DNA from: an uncultured Eubacteriales bacterium
Lineage (GTDB): Bacteria; Bacillota; Clostridia; Christensenellales; Aristaeellaceae
Assembly (NCBI GenBank): GCA_902789795.1
Contig: CADAPM010000019.1
Location: 803 to 64,802 of the forward strand
Length of the DNA stretch: 64,000 nucleotides
Direction of reading: 5' to 3'
In this document: piece after piece, positions 59,007 to 64,000 of the stretch
Numbering within the stretch: the stretch's first letter is position 1
Layout: every line of letters begins with the position of its first letter
Notes under the pieces: generated by a model
Told to the model about the DNA's origin: nothing
Seen by the model: the letters and a program-made list of their open reading frames with translations, nothing else
Database searches by the model: none
Translations under genes and position numbers: made by a program

Positions 59007-61472
59007 ATGCCCAGCGTGGACAAACGCGGTGAAATTGTCTGCAAAGCGACGCTGATCGTAGTTTTTTTGATCGGCGTTGCTTTGCTGCTCGGCGGTTTAT
59101 GGGGCAACAGACAGTTTGAAGCTGCAGGGTTCAATCAGGAGAACGCGTTTTCCCTGGTTCATCAGCTGACGGGGGAAACCGACCGCTTATATCAGAAAAA
59201 GATCGCTCCGGCGCTGAAAGCCTCCGGGGCGGATCTGTCTGCGGTCAGCGACGTGAGCCGGACGCTGCTCGTATCCGCCTGGAAGACCGAGGAACCCCTG
59301 AAGGCGACGCTGCAGGGGCTGAGCGGCGACGCACTGGCGGAGCGTGAACTCAAACTGCTGGCGATGACCTACGCCGTTTCCGGCCCCAAAATCAAGACGG
59401 CGCAGCGCAAGCAGCTTGCGGCGCTGCCGCAGGCGGAACAGACGGCGCTTTTGAACCAGCTGCTACTGTCCGCGACCGGGAACGAGCAGCCCCTTCCCGG
59501 CGCGGCGGAGGATCTCTGCAAAGGCCTGGAGGGCGAAGAACGCACGGCCATGCTGATGCAGATCTTCATGACGACCGCCAACCTGGACGGCGAACCGCTC
59601 TCCTCCAATACGGTGGCTGAGATCAAAAAGGCCGTGCGCACGGAGGACAAGCGGGTGACCGCTTATACCTGGGCAGTGGAAGGGCGCTTCAACTGGCTGT
59701 CGCAGCTTTTCTGCAGCGCAGGCAAGACGTTCGTGCTGATCGGCATCCTGCTGATGCTGGACGTGGCGATCCTTTTCTTCTGGCTGCTGGCGGACCGCAA
59801 CTGGCAGCTGGATTTCAAGTGGATACTGATCCTGCTGATCGTCGACTTCATGCTGGTGTTCCAGGTGCTGCCCACCGTGACCATGGTCATCAAGGCGTTC
59901 TTCCCGGACAGCCATTTCTCACTGAGCACCATCGAGCGCCTGTATACCTATGACCTGAACCTCAGCGCGCTCATGAATACCCTGATCGCCGCCTTCTGCA
60001 CCATGATCCTGGGTACGGTGATCGCTTTCCCGCTGGCCTGGCTGGTGGGCAGGACGAACCTGTACGGCAAGCGCTTCTTCCGCAGCCTCTTTGTACTGAC
60101 CTACATGGTGCCGCCCTATGTGGGCGCCATGGCGTGGCTGCGGCTCCTGAACCCGAACGTCGGCAACATCAACCTGGTGCTGCGGGCGGTATTCGGCCTG
60201 AGCGACGCGCCGGGCCCGCTGAACATCTACAGCCTGCCGGGCCTGATCTGGGTGCTGACGACCTTCTATTATCCCTACGCATTCATTACGGTTTCCCGCG
60301 CGATGGAAAAGATGGATCCCTCCCTGGAGGAGGCGAGCCGGATCTCCGGCGCTTCACCCATCACCACGGTGGCGAAGATCACCTTCCCGATGATGACGCC
60401 CTCGCTGATCGCCGGAGCGCTGCTGGTATTCGTGGCCGCGGCGAGCTGCTATGGCATCCCGTCCATCATCGGCGCCCCGGGGCGCGTGCATACCGTGACG
60501 ACGCGCATTATCGACTATGTCGGCCGCGGGTCGGAGGGCATGAACGACGCCACAGGACTCGGCGTGTTCCTGATGGTGCTGGCGATCATCATCCTGTATA
60601 TTTCGGATTTCGTGGTAGCCAAGCGCCAGTACATCACGGTGTCCGGCAAGAGCACGAGGCCGAACATCGTGGATCTCGGGAAATGGCGGACGCCGGTCAC
60701 GGTGCTGGTATCTCTGTTTGCCTGCATCGTCATCCTGATCCCCTTCGCGGTGATCCTGATTACGTCGTTCAAGGTCGACCTGGGGAAATCCCTGCTGGAT
60801 CAGGGAAATTTCACGCTGAAACAGTGGAGCACGATCTTCTCCTGGGACGAAATGCTGGACTGCCTCAAGAATTCCTTTATCTTTGCCATCGTCACCGCCA
60901 CCATCGGCATAGTGGTGGCCTGCACCATGAGCTACCTGCTGCAGCGCACGCGCATCCGCGGCCGCAAGCTGCCGGACTTCCTCATCACGCTGGGCTCCGG
61001 CACGCCTTCAGTGGTCATCGCGCTGAGCCTGATCCTGTCCATGCGCGGCGATTTCGGCATCAATATCTACAAGACGGCCTATATCATGATCATCGCGTAC
61101 CTGATCAAGTACCTGATGATGGGCATGAGGACCGTGGTGTCCGCCATGAGCCAGATTCACGTGTCCCTGGAGGAGTGCTCGCAGATCTCCGGTGCTTCCT
61201 GGCTGAAAACCATGTTCAGGATCACCGGGCCGCTGATCTTCCCGTCCATCGCAGCCGGCTGGTTCCTGATCTTCATCCCCAGCTTCTATGAGCTTTCCAT
61301 GACCACGCTGCTGTACGGCAACGGCACCAAGACCATCGGCTTCGAGCTCTACGAATACTGGACATTTACCAGCCAGCCCATGGCCTGCGCTATCGCGTTC
61401 GCCATCCTGATGGTGGTCGTGATCCTTAACTATGTGCTCAACAAGCTGACCAAGGGCGAATTCTCGATCTGA
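59007..61472 (+). CDS. ABC transporter permease (duplicated FbpB/ThiP-type membrane domain) with a ~280-aa N-terminal extension
   Basis: The C-terminal ~540 aa contain two permease repeats with EAA-like loops (LEEASRISGASP, LEECSQISGASW). The N-terminal part has one TM segment plus a soluble Ala/Leu-rich domain not typical of this family. Confidence 0.75.
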   Translation: MPSVDKRGEIVCKATLIVVFLIGVALLLGGLWGNRQFEAAGFNQENAFSLVHQLTGETDRLYQKKIAPALKASGADLSAVSDVSRTLLVSAWKTEEPLKATLQGLSGDALAERELKLLAMTYAVSGPKIKTAQRKQLAALPQAEQTALLNQLLLSATGNEQPLPGAAEDLCKGLEGEERTAMLMQIFMTTANLDGEPLSSNTVAEIKKAVRTEDKRVTAYTWAVEGRFNWLSQLFCSAGKTFVLIGILLMLDVAILFFWLLADRNWQLDFKWILILLIVDFMLVFQVLPTVTMVIKAFFPDSHFSLSTIERLYTYDLNLSALMNTLIAAFCTMILGTVIAFPLAWLVGRTNLYGKRFFRSLFVLTYMVPPYVGAMAWLRLLNPNVGNINLVLRAVFGLSDAPGPLNIYSLPGLIWVLTTFYYPYAFITVSRAMEKMDPSLEEASRISGASPITTVAKITFPMMTPSLIAGALLVFVAAASCYGIPSIIGAPGRVHTVTTRIIDYVGRGSEGMNDATGLGVFLMVLAIIILYISDFVVAKRQYITVSGKSTRPNIVDLGKWRTPVTVLVSLFACIVILIPFAVILITSFKVDLGKSLLDQGNFTLKQWSTIFSWDEMLDCLKNSFIFAIVTATIGIVVACTMSYLLQRTRIRGRKLPDFLITLGSGTPSVVIALSLILSMRGDFGINIYKTAYIMIIAYLIKYLMMGMRTVVSAMSQIHVSLEECSQISGASWLKTMFRITGPLIFPSIAAGWFLIFIPSFYELSMTTLLYGNGTKTIGFELYEYWTFTSQPMACAIAFAILMVVVILNYVLNKLTKGEFSI

Positions 61473-61514
61473 TCAGCATAAAAGCATATCAGCATACAGA
61501 AGGAGTGAACCGGA

Positions 61515-62588
61515 ATGTCGACCGTATCCATCCGCAATGTAACAAAAGCCTTCGGCGACAACGTGGTGCTGAAGGAGTTCAACGAGACCTTCGGCGATGG
61601 GGAATTCATCACGCTGCTGGGGCCGTCCGGCTGCGGCAAGACCACCATGCTGCGCATGATCGCCGGCTTTGAGAAGCCGACCTCCGGCGAGATCTATATC
61701 GACGACCAGCTGGTGTCCGGCGGCAACACCTTCGTGCCGCCCGAAAAGCGCTCCATCGGCATGGTGTTCCAGAGCTACGCCGTGTGGCCGCACATGAACG
61801 TCTACGATAACGTGGCCTATCCGCTGACCATCAAGAAGACGCCGAAGGGCGAGATCCAGGAGCGGGTCGGCAAGGTGCTGGATATCGTGCACCTGACCCA
61901 GTACGCCAAGCGCTTCCCCAACCAGCTCTCCGGCGGGCAGCAGCAGCGCGTCGCTCTGGCTCGCGCGCTGGTGGCCGCGCCGAAGCTCCTGCTGCTGGAC
62001 GAGCCGCTCTCCAACCTGGACGCCAAGCTGCGCGAGTCCATGCGCTTCGAGATCAAGGAGATCCAGCGCAAGCTGGGCATCACCGTGGTTTACGTCACCC
62101 ACGACCAGACCGAGGCCATGGCCATGAGCGACCGCATCTTCCTGATCAACCGGGGTGTGGTGCAGCAGTCCGGCACGCCGAGGCAGATCTACAACGAGCC
62201 GGAGAACCAGTTCGTGGCGGATTTCCTGGGCAAGGTGGACTTTTTCAAGGGCGAGGTCCGGGACGGCCGCATCTTCTTCCCGGCCATGGGCGGACAGAGC
62301 ATTCCTTATGACGGCCCGCGCACCGGCAATGTGGACGTGGCCATCCGGCCCGAAAACATTTTCTTCTCCCCGGACGGGCCGCTGAAGGGCAGGCTGGAGT
62401 CCCAGTATTACCTGGGCGACGTGGACGACTGCCGTGTGCGCGTGGGGGATGCCCTGGTGCGCGTCATTGCCAGCGGATACGAGTTTGACGAGCTGCGCGA
62501 CGGCCAGGAAATCAGCCTGGACATCCGCAGCGTCATGGTATTCGAGGACGACGGCCTGCTGGAGAGCATGCTGGAGATCAAGACCTGA
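61515..62588 (+). CDS. ABC transporter ATP-binding protein (FbpC/PotA-like)
   Basis: Walker A GPSGCGKTT, signature LSGGQQQRVALARAL and Walker B LLLLDEPLS, with a C-terminal TOBE-like domain. Confidence 0.9.
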   Translation: MSTVSIRNVTKAFGDNVVLKEFNETFGDGEFITLLGPSGCGKTTMLRMIAGFEKPTSGEIYIDDQLVSGGNTFVPPEKRSIGMVFQSYAVWPHMNVYDNVAYPLTIKKTPKGEIQERVGKVLDIVHLTQYAKRFPNQLSGGQQQRVALARALVAAPKLLLLDEPLSNLDAKLRESMRFEIKEIQRKLGITVVYVTHDQTEAMAMSDRIFLINRGVVQQSGTPRQIYNEPENQFVADFLGKVDFFKGEVRDGRIFFPAMGGQSIPYDGPRTGNVDVAIRPENIFFSPDGPLKGRLESQYYLGDVDDCRVRVGDALVRVIASGYEFDELRDGQEISLDIRSVMVFEDDGLLESMLEIKT

Positions 62589-63121
62589 TGAAGGAGAAGA
62601 CGATGCAGGACAGAATCAGACGCCTGTTTTACGCGATGATAGACTTTGACCGGGGGCAGCCTGACCTGATCCAGCACTTTACCAAGGTGCACAGCTACGC
62701 CAGCCTTATCGCCGCCACGGAGGAGATCGACCCGCATACTGCGGAGGTGCTGGAGGCTGCCGCGCTGGTGCACGATATCGGTATCCCCCTGTGCAACCGG
62801 AAATACGGCTCCCATTCCGGCCCGCTCCAGGAAAAGGAGGGCCCGCCCCTGGCACGGCAGCTGCTGACGGAAGTTGGCGGCTTCACCGAAGCGGAAATCG
62901 TCCGCGTCTGCACGCTGGTAGGGGAGCACCATACCCTGAGCCCCGTCGACGGCATCGACCACCAGATCCTGCTGGAGGCGGATTTCCTCGTCAACTGCTT
63001 TGCGCACGGCCATGACCATGACACGCTGATGCATACCTGGAAGCACGTGTTCGCCACCGCGTCGGGAAAGCGGGTCTTCGGCATGATGTTCGGGCTGGAG
63101 GAGCCGGAGACGGGGAACTGA
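62588..63121 (+). CDS. HD-domain phosphohydrolase
   Basis: HFTKVHSYA...AALVHDIGI...GEHHT. The start may be ATG 62603, downstream of AAGGAGA. Confidence 0.7.
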   Translation: MKEKTMQDRIRRLFYAMIDFDRGQPDLIQHFTKVHSYASLIAATEEIDPHTAEVLEAAALVHDIGIPLCNRKYGSHSGPLQEKEGPPLARQLLTEVGGFTEAEIVRVCTLVGEHHTLSPVDGIDHQILLEADFLVNCFAHGHDHDTLMHTWKHVFATASGKRVFGMMFGLEEPETGN

Positions 63122-63434
63122 GGAAGAGCGGAATTTGGAGAGTTGAGAGTGGAGTGAATTGTGAAGTGAAGCATGTGGCAGCGCGTAGCGGCGGCGCTTG
63201 CGCCGCCATACCCACGGCATAATGATTCAAGCAGATATACTTCGGGTCTTGTGCGATATTAAGGCAGTCTTTAAGCCACGAAGGCGGCAGTTGTATCGCG
63301 CGCGCACCGCGCACGGGATGTGCAGGCGCTGTCGCAACATCTATATTGAATATTTTTGAACAGCGGCCGGTGAAAAGTTTTTTGTCCTGGCGCTGTTTTT
63401 TTATTGAACTTTGAGCAAAATTGTCACGATCATC

Positions 63435-63463
63435 TTGACTTTGCTTTGATAAAGTGATAAAGT
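63435..63463 (+). promoter_or_regulatory. putative sigma-A promoter
   Basis: TTGACT, a 17-nt spacer, then TAAAGT. It lies ~55 bp upstream of the next gene. Confidence 0.45.
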
Positions 63464-63519
63464 GATGAAGCGGTTCGAGAGAGCCTGAAACGCCAATGCT
63501 GAGAAAGGTGGAAATGATC

Positions 63520-64000
63520 ATGATGAAAAAATGGATGTGCCTGATCCTGACGGCCGTGCTGGCGCTGAGCGCGGTTGGCACTTTTGCCGCTGAAGTGGAT
63601 GCCGATGTGGCATATGTGCAGGAAAAGGGCGTGCTGGTGGTCGGCATCACGGACTTCGCGCCGATGGATTACCTGGACAACGGCGAGTGGATCGGCTTTG
63701 ACGCCGACATGGCGAAGGCCTTCGCCGCTTCCCTGGGCCTGAAGGTGGAATTCATCGAGATCGACTGGGACAACAAGCTCCTGGAGCTGGACAACAAGTC
63801 CATCGACTGCATCTGGAACGGCATGACCCTGACGGAAGAGATCATGGGCGCGACCTCCTGCTCTAAGCCCTACGCCAACAACGCGCAGGTCATCGTGGTG
63901 CCGAAGGACGTGGCGGACCAGTACCAGACCGCGGAAGCGGCGGCTGAGCTGCAGTTCGCGGTGGAAGCGGGCAGCGCCGGCCAGAGCCAGGCCGAGGCCT
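63520..64000 (+). CDS. amino-acid ABC transporter substrate-binding protein (family 3), 5' partial at the window edge
   Basis: The reading frame runs off the window. It has signal peptide MMKKWMCLILTAVLALSAVGTFA, then GVLVVGITDFAPMDY...GFDADMAKAFA...IDCIWNGMT. Confidence 0.7.
   Translation, partial: MMKKWMCLILTAVLALSAVGTFAAEVDADVAYVQEKGVLVVGITDFAPMDYLDNGEWIGFDADMAKAFAASLGLKVEFIEIDWDNKLLELDNKSIDCIWNGMTLTEEIMGATSCSKPYANNAQVIVVPKDVADQYQTAEAAAELQFAVEAGSAGQSQAEA

Overview
This is a 64-kb chromosomal window from a high-G+C Firmicute that looks Clostridia-like. Supporting features are a T-box leader, rny, a SpoIIE-type PP2C phosphatase, ferredoxin-dependent 2-oxoacid oxidoreductases, and gyrB/gyrA. 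The backbone is mostly carbohydrate and inositol catabolism plus housekeeping genes. It includes a fused CE8 pectinesterase/SGNH esterase, a secreted beta-helix protein, a GH2 beta-mannosidase, a xylulokinase-like/DUF4867-like/isomerase cluster, a complete iolR-J-C-A-G-B-D-E operon, topB, an L,D-transpeptidase, two ABC transporter loci, and a solitary trmD. Two visibly AT-rich islands interrupt this backbone. Island A (1 to about 8.5 kb) is a mosaic of a degraded integrative element: a replication-initiator-like HTH protein, a sigma-r4-like regulator, and a truncated tyrosine integrase. It carries a three-gene minus-strand cassette that I consider the best candidate for a defence system: an AAA+ ATPase with DUF234, a NERD-like SF1 helicase, and a translationally coupled 222-aa orphan. 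Island B (about 31.8-35.2 kb) holds four orphan secreted, membrane or cytosolic genes with no mobility genes. Other notable points:
- A well-formed T-box riboswitch with an apparent UAC (Tyr) specifier precedes an acyl-CoA ligase-iorA-iorB operon.
- gyrB and gyrA are separated by two paralogous secreted proteins and a HipA-like kinase.
- One isomerase gene is split by a frameshift.
- A recurring polypurine, SD-like repeat sits directly after stop codons.
- A promoter-to-terminator noncoding unit lies upstream of rny.

No rRNA, tRNA or CRISPR array was seen. Many long ORFs antisense to real genes in the GC-rich parts are treated as compositional artefacts. All family assignments come from motif recognition by eye, and no database search was run.
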